Assembly: GCA_963760795.1 (NCBI GenBank)
Contig: CAVXEP010000035.1
Location: forward strand, 46,872-110,871
DNA length: 64,000 nt
Source of the DNA: an uncultured delta proteobacterium
Lineage (GTDB): Bacteria > Desulfobacterota > Binatia > UBA9968
Direction: 5' to 3'
This document shows, in pieces, positions 9,137 to 18,487 of this stretch. Each line of letters opens with the position of its first letter. The stretch's first letter is position 1. Position numbers and translations under genes: made by a program. The notes under the pieces are model-generated. The model worked only from the letters and a program-made list of their open reading frames with translations. It made no database searches and was not told the DNA's origin.

Positions 9137-12100
9137 ATGGCCGTTGGCGTTCTGCGTTCTAAACAAGACTGGCTCTTAGTCGTCGGTCTGTTTTGTTTCT
9201 TTTTTTCCGGCGCTGCTGGACTGATTTACCAAGTCGTCTGGACCCGCATGTTGTCGCAGATATTCGGCAATACCACCTACGCCATCGCCACGGTGTTGTC
9301 CGCCTTCATGGCTGGATTGGCCATCGGCAGTTACTGGTTCGGCAAGATCGCCGACCGCGGTAAGAACGATTTCTTGTTGTACGGCCTGCTCGAAGCGGGG
9401 GTCGGGGTGTACGGATTTCTCGTGCCATGGTTTTTCGTCGGGGCGCAAAAGGTCTATGGACCGATCTTCTCACTCAATGAAAGCCAGCCGTTTCTTTTCA
9501 ATCTATTCTTATTCTTTCTTTCCTTCGTCTTGCTGGTGTTTCCAACTCTATTGATGGGCGCGACATTACCGGTGTTGAGCCGCTTTTACGTGCGCAGCTT
9601 CGCGCAATTCGGCCGCCGCGTCGGCGATCTTTACGCCACCAACACGCTAGGCGCGGTGATTGGCTGTGCCATGGGCGGATTTTTCTTAATTCCCGTTTAT
9701 GGCATGCGCGCTACGGTTTACGTCGCCGCCGGCGTCAATATGCTCATCGCCATCGTTATTTTGATCGTCGATCGCCTGCGCGATCCTGAGCCGGTGGCCG
9801 AGGAGGCGGAGGCCGAAGCGCGCAGCCAGGACGCTGCCAGCGCCGCGGCGCAAAGTTCGACTTATCTTGACTGGGTGTTGCTTGGCTCTTTCGCTCTCTC
9901 CGGTTTCGCCTCGTTGGTTTACGAAAATGCTTGGACGCGCTCGCTCACCCTGGTCATCGGCAGCTCGATCTATTCGTTTACGACCATGCTGGTCACGTTT
10001 CTCATCGGCCTGGCGTTGGGCGGATTTATTTATGCGCGAGTGCTGGGCAATCGCGAAGCGCGCTTGAGCACCTTCGGCCTCCTCGAGCTATGGGTCGGCT
10101 TGTCGGCGCTGGCGACCATCCCGCTGTTCGAGCGCCTGCCGCTGATCTTTGTCCGCTTGCTCCATGGCTTCGGCGATACTTTCACGGTTTTCCTTTATTT
10201 GCAGATCGTTCTATCGGCGCTGGTGATGTTCATTCCGACTGTTCTATTGGGCATGACGTTTCCGCTGGTGGCGCGGCTGTTCACTCAAAGCCTGTACCGC
10301 GTTGGCAGCGGCGTCGGCAGTTCCTACGCGGCGAATACAGTCGGAGCCGTGCTCGGCGCCTTCGCCGGCGGCTTCATATTGATCCCCAACGTCGGCGTGC
10401 AGAACACCATCATCTGCGGCGTCGTGCTGAACTTGTTGATCGGTTGCTGGTTGATTGTCAGCGATGGGCGGCTGTCTTTCTTGCCGCGTTATGCGCTTGG
10501 GCTCGCGGTATTGGTTCTCGCGGCGATCGTGCCGTTCAAGGTCAAGCGTTGGGACCCCAGTATACTGACCAGCGGCGTGACGATTTACAACGATCGCTAC
10601 GAAGCGCTGCCGAGTGATTCATTGCGCATCGAAGAAATGAAGCGTGACGAGGTGCTGTTTTATCGCGAAGGACTGACGACCACGGTGAGCGTCCACAAGA
10701 TTCTCGGCAGCGATTATCTGTACTTTAAATCCAACGGCAAGATCGACGGTTCCTACGGCGACGCGCTGAGCCAGTTGATGACCAGCTACATCGCCATGAT
10801 GCTGCATCCGAAAGCCGAGACCGCGTTGACCATCGGACTGGGCAGCGGTATGTCGGCCAAGGCGCTGGCTACCTTCAAGACTCTTAAATCCATCGAAGTC
10901 ATCGAGATCGAGCCGGCGATGATCCAAGCGAGTAAATTTTTCGATAGGCAGTCGGTGCTAGTCGATAAATTCCCGGCAGGCATCAGTTTCCCCGCCGACG
11001 ATAGCCATGGCCGGGTTTGGTACAACGCGGCTGAAAAGCGTCTCTATTATAAGGGCGTCATGAGCGATGGGGTGCGCACCGAGTTGATGAATCGCTCGCA
11101 GGATAAAGACTACCGCGGCATGATCGACCGGCTTTACCGCAATGCCCGCCACTCGCGCCACTCGAGCGTTTTGGAAGACAAGCGGGTGCGGGTGATTCCC
11201 ACCGATGGGCGCAACTATATACTAGCGACGCCGAAATTTTACGACGTCATCACCGCTGAGCCGTCAAATCCGTGGATCGCCGGCATCGCCAACCTATATA
11301 CCCGAGAGTTTTACCAGGTCATCAAGTCGAAGATCAAAGACGACGGGATCTTCGCCCAGTGGTTTCACAATTATTCGATGTCGCCAGACGATTTTCGCAT
11401 GGTCTTTCGCACCTTCGCCGAGGCGTTTCCCCATGTCTCGCTGTGGAGCATGAAGGAAAGCGACTTTCTGCTCATCGGTAGCAAGAAGGAGCAGAAGTTC
11501 GACTATGCCGCGGTCAAAGCGATTTTCGATAGCAACGAAATGCTCCGCTCGGACTTCCAGTATCTAGGGCTGTCCGATGTTTATGCCGTGCAGGGATTTT
11601 ACCGCATGGGCAGGGACGGCTTTCTGGCGTTCTCCAAGGGTGCGAAAATTAATACCGATGACGGCGCGGAGTTGGAGTTTTCCGCGCCCAAGAACCTGCG
11701 GCGCGCGACCACCGAACTCAACCGGCGGATCATGACGCCGTTTCTCGTCGATACTCCGCCCTGGTTGAAAAACGCTCCACTGCCGGTGCCCCAGGCGATG
11801 CATCATTTTTACCTGGCGCAATCCTACGCCGCCAGCGTGGCGCGCAACCGGGCATTAACCGAGCTTGAAGAAGCGATCCGCTTGGAGCCAAAGAATCCCA
11901 AGTTTCAATTGCTGAAAATGAAAATCCTCCTCGAGCAGGATAAGAGCACCGAGGGCGCGCAGGCGGCGTTTAAGGCGTTGGAGCAAGGTTCTGCATACAT
12001 GCCTGACGTGCTCGCCATGAGCGATGAGTTTTATTTGCCCGACGCCAAGTTGGTTTACAAAAAGATCATCGACATGGGAACTAAAGAAGTGTTGCCGTAC

Positions 12101-12574
12101 TTGGGTCTCGGCAACATCGCGTTGCACTCAGGCGATATCGCCGAAGCTGAGAAGTGGTTCATTCCGGCCCGTGAGTTGCAGCCCGAACATCCGGCGGTAT
12201 TGCTGGCCTGGGGCCGGCTAACCGCGGTCAAAGGCAATCGCACGACCGACGCGGCGCAGGCCAAAAAAGAGCGCCAAGAAGCGCGCCGGTTACTCGAGCT
12301 ATCGAAAACCAAAGGTGAGGAATCCGCCACGATATTCACGGAATTGGCCGCGGTCTACTTCAAGCTTGAGATGTGGGACAAGGCGGCGGAGAATTATGAA
12401 GTCGCCCTGCGCATGCGCCGGCGCCGCAACGATTTGCGCATGGAGCTGGGAAAAGCTTATGTCAAGCTCGGCAGGACGGTGGAGGCTGAGCAAAAATTTC
12501 GCCAGGTGTTAGCGTTTAGCCCTGACGACGCCGACGCCTGGCGCGAGTTGCAGTTGATGGGCAAGGCCTACTGA
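9137..12574 (+). CDS. Membrane-bound spermidine-synthase-like protein (multi-TM + SAM-dependent fold) with C-terminal TPRs
   Basis: FFSGAAGLIYQVVW TM repeats, LYATNTLGA, IGLGSG, VIEIEP, TDGRNY, DVITAEPSNPW, NTDD..LEF, then TPR-like helices. Confidence 0.85.
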   Translation: MAVGVLRSKQDWLLVVGLFCFFFSGAAGLIYQVVWTRMLSQIFGNTTYAIATVLSAFMAGLAIGSYWFGKIADRGKNDFLLYGLLEAGVGVYGFLVPWFFVGAQKVYGPIFSLNESQPFLFNLFLFFLSFVLLVFPTLLMGATLPVLSRFYVRSFAQFGRRVGDLYATNTLGAVIGCAMGGFFLIPVYGMRATVYVAAGVNMLIAIVILIVDRLRDPEPVAEEAEAEARSQDAASAAAQSSTYLDWVLLGSFALSGFASLVYENAWTRSLTLVIGSSIYSFTTMLVTFLIGLALGGFIYARVLGNREARLSTFGLLELWVGLSALATIPLFERLPLIFVRLLHGFGDTFTVFLYLQIVLSALVMFIPTVLLGMTFPLVARLFTQSLYRVGSGVGSSYAANTVGAVLGAFAGGFILIPNVGVQNTIICGVVLNLLIGCWLIVSDGRLSFLPRYALGLAVLVLAAIVPFKVKRWDPSILTSGVTIYNDRYEALPSDSLRIEEMKRDEVLFYREGLTTTVSVHKILGSDYLYFKSNGKIDGSYGDALSQLMTSYIAMMLHPKAETALTIGLGSGMSAKALATFKTLKSIEVIEIEPAMIQASKFFDRQSVLVDKFPAGISFPADDSHGRVWYNAAEKRLYYKGVMSDGVRTELMNRSQDKDYRGMIDRLYRNARHSRHSSVLEDKRVRVIPTDGRNYILATPKFYDVITAEPSNPWIAGIANLYTREFYQVIKSKIKDDGIFAQWFHNYSMSPDDFRMVFRTFAEAFPHVSLWSMKESDFLLIGSKKEQKFDYAAVKAIFDSNEMLRSDFQYLGLSDVYAVQGFYRMGRDGFLAFSKGAKINTDDGAELEFSAPKNLRRATTELNRRIMTPFLVDTPPWLKNAPLPVPQAMHHFYLAQSYAASVARNRALTELEEAIRLEPKNPKFQLLKMKILLEQDKSTEGAQAAFKALEQGSAYMPDVLAMSDEFYLPDAKLVYKKIIDMGTKEVLPYLGLGNIALHSGDIAEAEKWFIPARELQPEHPAVLLAWGRLTAVKGNRTTDAAQAKKERQEARRLLELSKTKGEESATIFTELAAVYFKLEMWDKAAENYEVALRMRRRRNDLRMELGKAYVKLGRTVEAEQKFRQVLAFSPDDADAWRELQLMGKAY

Positions 12575-12590
12575 GTACCCGACTAGCGCG

Positions 12591-12675
12591 TTTCACCACG
12601 ACGGACACGGTTCGACTGCGCTCACCACGGACTACGAGCACGAAGTTCGGAGAATTAGCCGCAAATAGCGCAAAA
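12591..12675. repeat. 9-nt-period intergenic repeat (CACGAnnGA / CGCAAAnnn)
   Basis: tttcaccacgacggacacg...cacgaagttcgga...gccgcaaatagcgcaaaa; similar copies near 53300-53335 and 58581-58684. Confidence 0.6.
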
Positions 12676-12733
12676 TAGGACTCGTTGGGCTGCGCTGTCG
12701 CTACCCAATAGTTTTTGAATCGAGGAGGCTCCA

Positions 12734-13546
12734 GTGTTGAAGGAAAAAATCGGCGTGGTTGGCGCGGGGAAAATTGGTGCGGCGATCATGCGCGGGATCG
12801 TCCGGGCCGGCTTGGCCGGCAAAGACCAAGTGATGGCGAGCGATGTCAGCGAGCAACTGCGCGATGCCGTGGTTAAGGAACTCGATATCAAGGCGACCGC
12901 GGATAACGGCGTGCTGTGCGATTTCGCCGAGATTATCATTCTTGCCGTCAAACCGCAGATCGTCGATCCGGTCGCCAAAGAGATCGCCACGAAGCTTGGT
13001 AGTAAAAAGCTTCTAGTTTCGGTGGCCGCCGGCGTGCCGATTGCGCGCATCGAGGCCAATTTGGCAAAAGGCGCCCGCGTGGTGCGCGTGATGCCGAACA
13101 TCGCCTGTGTCGTCGGCGCCGGCGCGGCGGGTTTCGCCGGCGGCAGTCATGCCACGGCGGTGGATCTGGAAAAAGTCGGCGCTATCCTCAATAGCTTCGG
13201 CGTCGGTATGCCGGTGGAAGAAAAATACTTGGACGCCGTCACCGGCTTGAGCGGCAGCGGCCCGGCTTATGTTTTGCTGTTCATGGAAGCGCTTGCAGAC
13301 GGCGGCGTGCAGGTCGGCCTGGCGCGCGAGGTTGCGCTCAAACTGGCCATGCAGACGGTTTATGGCGCCGCCAAAATGGCATTGGAAAGCAATAAGCATT
13401 TGGGCGAGCTCAAAGACGAAGTCACTTCACCCGGCGGCACCACCATCGCCGGCCTCTACGCCATGGAGCAAAAAGGTTTCCACGGTACGGTGATGGATGC
13501 GGTGGTTAATGCGACGCGGCGGTCGCAGGAGTTGGGTAAGGGGTAG
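12734..13546 (+). CDS. proC: Pyrroline-5-carboxylate reductase
   Basis: GVVGAGKIG, LAVKPQ, RVMPN, TGLSGSGPAY, VTSPGGTT. Confidence 0.97.
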   Translation: MLKEKIGVVGAGKIGAAIMRGIVRAGLAGKDQVMASDVSEQLRDAVVKELDIKATADNGVLCDFAEIIILAVKPQIVDPVAKEIATKLGSKKLLVSVAAGVPIARIEANLAKGARVVRVMPNIACVVGAGAAGFAGGSHATAVDLEKVGAILNSFGVGMPVEEKYLDAVTGLSGSGPAYVLLFMEALADGGVQVGLAREVALKLAMQTVYGAAKMALESNKHLGELKDEVTSPGGTTIAGLYAMEQKGFHGTVMDAVVNATRRSQELGKG

Positions 13547-13607
13547 GGGTATGAATGCAGGAGGTAAAAGTTAAAAGGCAAAAGCTCAAATCAGCTTCCA
13601 AGTTCTG

Positions 13608-14138
13608 TTAGCGATCTTTCCAGCGTTCGACATCGCGCTTGTCGAGGTAACCCGGCTTGCCGCCTTTTTGCGATTCCACTCTCAACCAGTCACCCTCGGA
13701 GCGGATGACGTTGACTTTGATATCCGCTGGAAGCCGGGTCACGACCCGGGCATTGGTGCTCGGTGTTTCGCGCAGGTCTTGTTCGCGCAGCGTGCGATAG
13801 GGGCCGGCGACTGACGTTGATGGGAATTGAACTGCGGGCGCGCCGGCCGCTGTTGTAGCGCGGGCGAACTGTTCGTCGATGTAGCCGGGCTTGCCGCCAT
13901 GCTTGGACTCGACCTGAAGCCAGAAACCCTCTTTGCCGACGACGTTGATCTGGATGCCCTTGGGCAGGATCGTGATGACTTTATGAAAGTTGCCGGCGCC
14001 TTCGCGTAGTGGAACCTCGGCGGTGGTTTCGTAGGAACCTTTGTATTGCTGTGCTTGAACCGGATTCGCACCAAACATTCCGGTCAGCGCAAGACCGAGC
14101 GCAACCAACATAGCACCGGCACCGATTCTATGAGCCAT
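13608..14138 (-). CDS. Secreted protein with two bacterial SH3 domains
   Basis: Signal peptide then two repeats of LRE.P/A....I..LP..I..NV...EG.WL.VES..GGKPGY[IL]D; start set at ATG 14138 with GGAG RBS. Confidence 0.8.
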   Translation of the reverse strand: MAHRIGAGAMLVALGLALTGMFGANPVQAQQYKGSYETTAEVPLREGAGNFHKVITILPKGIQINVVGKEGFWLQVESKHGGKPGYIDEQFARATTAAGAPAVQFPSTSVAGPYRTLREQDLRETPSTNARVVTRLPADIKVNVIRSEGDWLRVESQKGGKPGYLDKRDVERWKDR

Positions 14139-14182
14139 TAGGGTTCTCCACATGACTGTTGGACGTATCGATAGCTTTTTCG

Positions 14183-14764
14183 TTACTTTCTCTTCCAGTT
14201 TCCTTGGCCGTCTTGGATCCACCAACCGCTACGGGATTGTTCGAGCCAGCTTTTGGCGAAGATCGCTTTGATCTTGGGAATACTTTCATTTGAAATGTTG
14301 TTGGCCTTGGCGATCTCAGCGTAGAGGTTCTCGCGATCGCGGTTCTCGGCGTCGACCAGCTGTTTGGACTCTGCTCGCTCCTTCAAGTTAAGCCCATCGG
14401 TGTTGCGGATCGCCAGCAGGCCGTCGACGGCGATGCCAATGTTGCCGCGATCCATGAACGGTTTAATCGCTTCGCTGCGCGCCTTGATCGAGTCCTTGGT
14501 CGCGCGAATCGCCGGATTCGACACGTTGATGTCAGCCTCCTGCGCATGAACTGCGCTGACGAGACTCAGAGATGCCAATCGCCAAGGCAAATATCGATTG
14601 TTACTCTGCGGCGCAGGCGGCGGGGCCGACTTCGACGATTCTCCCCAAGTTTCTTTGACGATCTGCTCGGCGGCGCGCTCTACCGCGGCGGCGGGGAAGT
14701 AAATGTTTACGGTCACGCAGGCACTGACGATGAAGGCCAAAATAAAAGTTGTACGTTTTAACAT
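14183..14764 (-). CDS. YdbL-family (DUF1318) lipoprotein with YnbE-like N-terminal strand
   Basis: Lipobox VSAC-VTVNIYFPAA; LVDAENRDR..LY.EIA..N; GWWIQ..QGNW.RK. Confidence 0.8.
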   Translation of the reverse strand: MLKRTTFILAFIVSACVTVNIYFPAAAVERAAEQIVKETWGESSKSAPPPAPQSNNRYLPWRLASLSLVSAVHAQEADINVSNPAIRATKDSIKARSEAIKPFMDRGNIGIAVDGLLAIRNTDGLNLKERAESKQLVDAENRDRENLYAEIAKANNISNESIPKIKAIFAKSWLEQSRSGWWIQDGQGNWKRK

Positions 14765-14776
14765 TGCTCCTCCGGG

Positions 14777-17677
14777 TTATTTGACTTCTGGCTTGTCCGA
14801 TTTGATCCGCTCCAAGCGGCGCACGAGCTCCGAGAAGGCGATACTTTGAGTATGGCTGACGATATTTACCGTCGGTGGCAACAAACTTCCCACCACCAGA
14901 AATTCTTTATCGCCTTGGGATTCCACGCCATGCAAGGTTAGACGATCGTTTCTCAATGTCGCTTTGAAGCCCAGCTTGCTATAGCGAAAACTGTCGAAAA
15001 AACTGGCGAGCCCACCGTACAACGAGCCGGCTTCCTGGCCCGAGCTGAGCACGGTAATTTTATTCAACGCATCGACACTGATGCGTTGTTCGACGCCGCT
15101 GCGTTCCACCGAGTGCAGGTCGGCGCTCAATTGCGACGGCTGGCCGTCGGTGATGACGAGATCGTCGACGCTGCCCTCCAAGATGCCTGAGATTCGGCCG
15201 AATGCAAAGGTCTTGGACAGTTGTTCGAGCTGGATCGATTCCAGCTTGGCGCTCATTTTAATCGACGCTAGCGCGGAAAACGGGTTGTCGATCTCCAGTT
15301 TGCTCAAACGGACGCGTCCGCCGAAAAGTTCAGCCTGGATCTCGCCGCGGGTGCGCAGCGTGTTACCGGCAGACTCGACTTCGGGGATGGCGCCGTTCAG
15401 CTGGCCGCTAAAGCGCGGCCAATCGAAGGCCTCGGTCAAATCTTGCAGTTGCAGCCGCTTGGTGTCGGCTGAAAATGTCACGGCTTTGGGATCGCGGATG
15501 ATATCGGGCCATGAGACATTAATTAACTCGACCTCGCCACCGAAGACTGCGATACGCAAGGGCTGATGCAGCCGCAGCGCGTTGTTTGCAAGCGCGACGG
15601 TGGTCGTGATTGGCGCCAGCTGCTGGTTGCCGAATCGAGCGCGCCCGATGGACAGCAAGCCAAGCGCGGGTGTGGTCGCGATCTCAACCGGCCGATCGCT
15701 GAGGCTGATTTGAAACGGTAGCTGTAAATTGATGGCGGCGAGCTGCCAATCATTCGATTTCGCATCGACCGCACCATTCTTCACAACCAGATTGCCGCTG
15801 GCCGCGAGCTGTTCGAGGGCGCCGTCGACCTGCATTTGCATCGCTATCTGGCCGCTAACCGCCAGCTTATCGAGCAGTGGATATTGGCGCTTGAAAGTTT
15901 CACGCAGGAAGAATTCGAAAAAACCCCCAGGCGATAAATTGTCGCTGCGCGCCTGCAGGCGGAGCTGCGGTGTCCCGGTTACTTGCTCGATGCTGCCGGT
16001 GAGATTCACACGGCCCACGCTAGCGAGGGTCAGATCGCAGCGGCGGCATTGCAGGCGGTCGTTAGCGCGGAAATATTCGGCGTCGAGCAGCAATGCCGGT
16101 TTTTGGCTCTTGAGATCGCCAAAGAACTTTCCCCACAACAGTTCGCCGGCGGTGAAATTGAGTTTGGCGACTAGCGCTGTCGCGCCGCTTTCGGCATGGG
16201 CGGTTAATTCGACGCTGCCTTCGCCGGCTAAGCCTTCGCCGACTTTACTGTTGTCCGCTGAAGCAAACTGCCCGCCGGTCAATTTGACCTGTGCAGTGAT
16301 TAACCCCGGCTTCTCTGGGTCGTAGCTAATGGCGCGGATTTCGGCCTGCTCGACCGCGCTTTTGAGTTGGTCACTTCCTGCGAATGAAAACTTCTTGCCA
16401 TCGACGCGGGCGTTTTGAATCGCCAGTTGGCCATTGCCCCAGCGAAACGGCGCTCTGAGCGAAAAACTTGCCAGGGCAAAGTTCGCCGCACGCACTTGAG
16501 CGGCGTCGCTGCGCACGTTGCCGTCGATTTCCAGCGCGCGCCATGGACCGTGAAGTTTCATCTCCAGCTCTCCCTGGCCTTGATAGTTCCATTGATTGAA
16601 TGGCGCCGGCATGAACTTTTTTACGCTCTCCCAGTCGAGATTGCGCGCCACGATATGGCCATCGTTGATGCTGCCGATCGGCGTAAACGCCAGATTGCCC
16701 GCGGCTTCGGCGTTGCCCAGGTGCGAGCTTAGCGTAAGCGACTTGATGGTGATGGATTTGTTCGTCACGGAAAATTGCCCATTGGCGTTTGCTGCCGCCG
16801 GCGCGTCGCGAAGTTGCAACGCCACCGGACTAATACTGTTGGGGAAGCCATAGAGGTCGAGCTGGCTGGTGAACGACCCGGCGGCGAAAGTTTTGTCTAA
16901 GGCAGCGCTGGCTTTCAGCTGGCCGGACAGTTCTTTTAGCCCCAGTTTGAGTTGGTTAAATTGCAGATCGACAGTCACATTCGGATCTTTTCCCGCTAGT
17001 GTCTGCAGCGTGGCCTCGGCTTGTAGAATCGGCTTCGCCGCGGCATTACCCCGGTGAAACAGACCCGCGGCTGATTTCGGGTTGACCGTTGCGGTCAGCG
17101 CGACCTGGTTGACTTGCCATTGGATCGCAAGATCAGCGATGCCGTTGAGCGGAGGTACATCGGCGCGCAGGGCGATGCCAGTTTCAGTTCCCAAATTGAT
17201 GTTTTGCGCGTCGAGATCGATAGCCGGGATGTCGATTGGGCTTCCACCTTCGGTCTTGATCACCGCGCGTCCGTTGGTCACGCGCAAGTTACGCAGAGCC
17301 ACGGTGGTTGCGCTTTTCGTTTTCGGCTTGAGCAGTTCGGCCAAGTCGATTTGCAATACTGGCTCCTCCAAGTGAACCCGCTGGAGGGTTTGCGCAAAAA
17401 TATCCAGCGGCGTGACGGTGGCGGTTAATCGGGTGGCGGTCAAAATTCTATTACCGTCCTTCGCGGCGGTGACACCGCTGGCAACCAGGCGGAGCGGTAG
17501 TGATAACGTCAGTTTGTCGGCGTGAACGGCGTAACCTGTTCTCGCCGAAATTTCCTTCTCGAGCCACTGGTGAAAGCCGTCGGACTGCACCCAAAAATAG
17601 AGACCCGCTAGACCGCTAAGGACGGCAGCCGAGAAATACAAGAGTGCTTTGACAATGCTGCGGACGGGTGTCGCCAT
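14777..17677 (-). CDS. AsmA-like / YdbH-type bridge protein
   Basis: 966 aa beta-rich protein with N-terminal TM anchor and C-terminal FGRISG.LEG...FRYSKLGF...ND motif; directly upstream of the YdbL-like gene. Confidence 0.75.
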   Translation of the reverse strand: MATPVRSIVKALLYFSAAVLSGLAGLYFWVQSDGFHQWLEKEISARTGYAVHADKLTLSLPLRLVASGVTAAKDGNRILTATRLTATVTPLDIFAQTLQRVHLEEPVLQIDLAELLKPKTKSATTVALRNLRVTNGRAVIKTEGGSPIDIPAIDLDAQNINLGTETGIALRADVPPLNGIADLAIQWQVNQVALTATVNPKSAAGLFHRGNAAAKPILQAEATLQTLAGKDPNVTVDLQFNQLKLGLKELSGQLKASAALDKTFAAGSFTSQLDLYGFPNSISPVALQLRDAPAAANANGQFSVTNKSITIKSLTLSSHLGNAEAAGNLAFTPIGSINDGHIVARNLDWESVKKFMPAPFNQWNYQGQGELEMKLHGPWRALEIDGNVRSDAAQVRAANFALASFSLRAPFRWGNGQLAIQNARVDGKKFSFAGSDQLKSAVEQAEIRAISYDPEKPGLITAQVKLTGGQFASADNSKVGEGLAGEGSVELTAHAESGATALVAKLNFTAGELLWGKFFGDLKSQKPALLLDAEYFRANDRLQCRRCDLTLASVGRVNLTGSIEQVTGTPQLRLQARSDNLSPGGFFEFFLRETFKRQYPLLDKLAVSGQIAMQMQVDGALEQLAASGNLVVKNGAVDAKSNDWQLAAINLQLPFQISLSDRPVEIATTPALGLLSIGRARFGNQQLAPITTTVALANNALRLHQPLRIAVFGGEVELINVSWPDIIRDPKAVTFSADTKRLQLQDLTEAFDWPRFSGQLNGAIPEVESAGNTLRTRGEIQAELFGGRVRLSKLEIDNPFSALASIKMSAKLESIQLEQLSKTFAFGRISGILEGSVDDLVITDGQPSQLSADLHSVERSGVEQRISVDALNKITVLSSGQEAGSLYGGLASFFDSFRYSKLGFKATLRNDRLTLHGVESQGDKEFLVVGSLLPPTVNIVSHTQSIAFSELVRRLERIKSDKPEVK

Positions 17678-17811
17678 GTTTCTTCGCTAACTCGTTGCCG
17701 AATGAAGTGCGTCTATCGTCTAAGTCTCAGCTCGCTCACAAGTTAGCGCCCAGCTGCGGGTGAATTAGGTTAGCAGCATTGATTGTTCACGACAGAATAC
17801 CGTTTTGCAAT

Positions 17812-17841
17812 TTGACAGGCGCTTTTTCTTTATCATATAAG
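17812..17841 (+). promoter_or_regulatory. sigma70-type promoter upstream of the mscL leader
   Basis: TTGACA-18 bp-TATAAG. Confidence 0.5.
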
Positions 17842-17842
17842 C

Positions 17843-18075
17843 GGGCTCGTCTTTCGACCGATGGGCTTTTGCCCGCGCGCTCGGTTGGTAATTGTCGCGC
17901 CGTCAGGGAGCGACGAAAGGAGGAAAGCGAGTCCTTGACCACATCGGCTGATGCATAAGATCCGTCGCCAGGAAAGAACAACTTGGGGGTTGTATTTCAA
18001 CTGGGAGCTAATGGTTGAAGGCAATTCCGATTATCAATGTGGTGGAGTCGAAGTAGCTCAACTCTTAGAGGAGGC
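17843..18075 (+). ncRNA. Candidate structured 5' leader RNA of mscL
   Basis: Two multi-stem domains paired by eye (17843-17934, 17938-18043) plus a hairpin just before the RBS; no recognised Rfam consensus. Confidence 0.35.
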
Positions 18076-18079
18076 GATC

Positions 18080-18487
18080 ATGATTCAAGAATTTAAAGAA
18101 TTTATTCAAAGAGGTAACGTCGTCGACCTTGCCGTCGCCGTGGTCATCGGCGGCGCTTTCGGTAAGATCGTCACTTCGTTTGTCGAGGATGTGCTGATGC
18201 CGCCTATCGGATTGATCCTCGGCGGCGCGGATTTCGCCAATTTGTTTTTCAATCTGTCGGGAAAAGAATTCGCTAGCGTTGCGGCGGCCAAAGCGGCAGG
18301 TGCGCCAACCCTGAACTACGGGTTGTTTTTAAACAACATAATTAATTTCCTGATCGTCGCCTTCGCAGTATTCCTGGTGGTGAAGGCAATCAATCGGTTG
18401 CAAAAGCCGGCAGCGCCACCGCCTCCGCCGGGTCCGACCAAGGATCAAGTGTTGTTGACGGAAATCCGCGACCTGTTGAAGAGGTAA
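18080..18487 (+). CDS. mscL: Large-conductance mechanosensitive channel
   Basis: [28 protein letters not shown] and LLTEIRDLL; GAGGAGG RBS before ATG 18080. Confidence 0.97.
   Translation: MIQEFKEFIQRGNVVDLAVAVVIGGAFGKIVTSFVEDVLMPPIGLILGGADFANLFFNLSGKEFASVAAAKAAGAPTLNYGLFLNNIINFLIVAFAVFLVVKAINRLQKPAAPPPPPGPTKDQVLLTEIRDLLKR

Noticed and set aside
17685-17700. GG-N10-GC on the minus strand before the AsmA-like gene
   Set aside because: Poor match to TGGCAC..TTGC and too close to the ATG to leave room for a transcript start.
17905-17935. GGAGGAAAG..GTCC resembling RNase P RNA, and CCGTCAGG resembling SRP RNA
   Set aside because: No RNase P 3' motif (AGAACCCGGCTTA) and no GGAAGGAAGCAGC SRP loop nearby.
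17951-18079. 43-codon N-terminal extension of MscL in the ORF track
   Set aside because: Strong RBS at 18068-18074 and the family-typical start MIQEFKEF favour ATG 18080.
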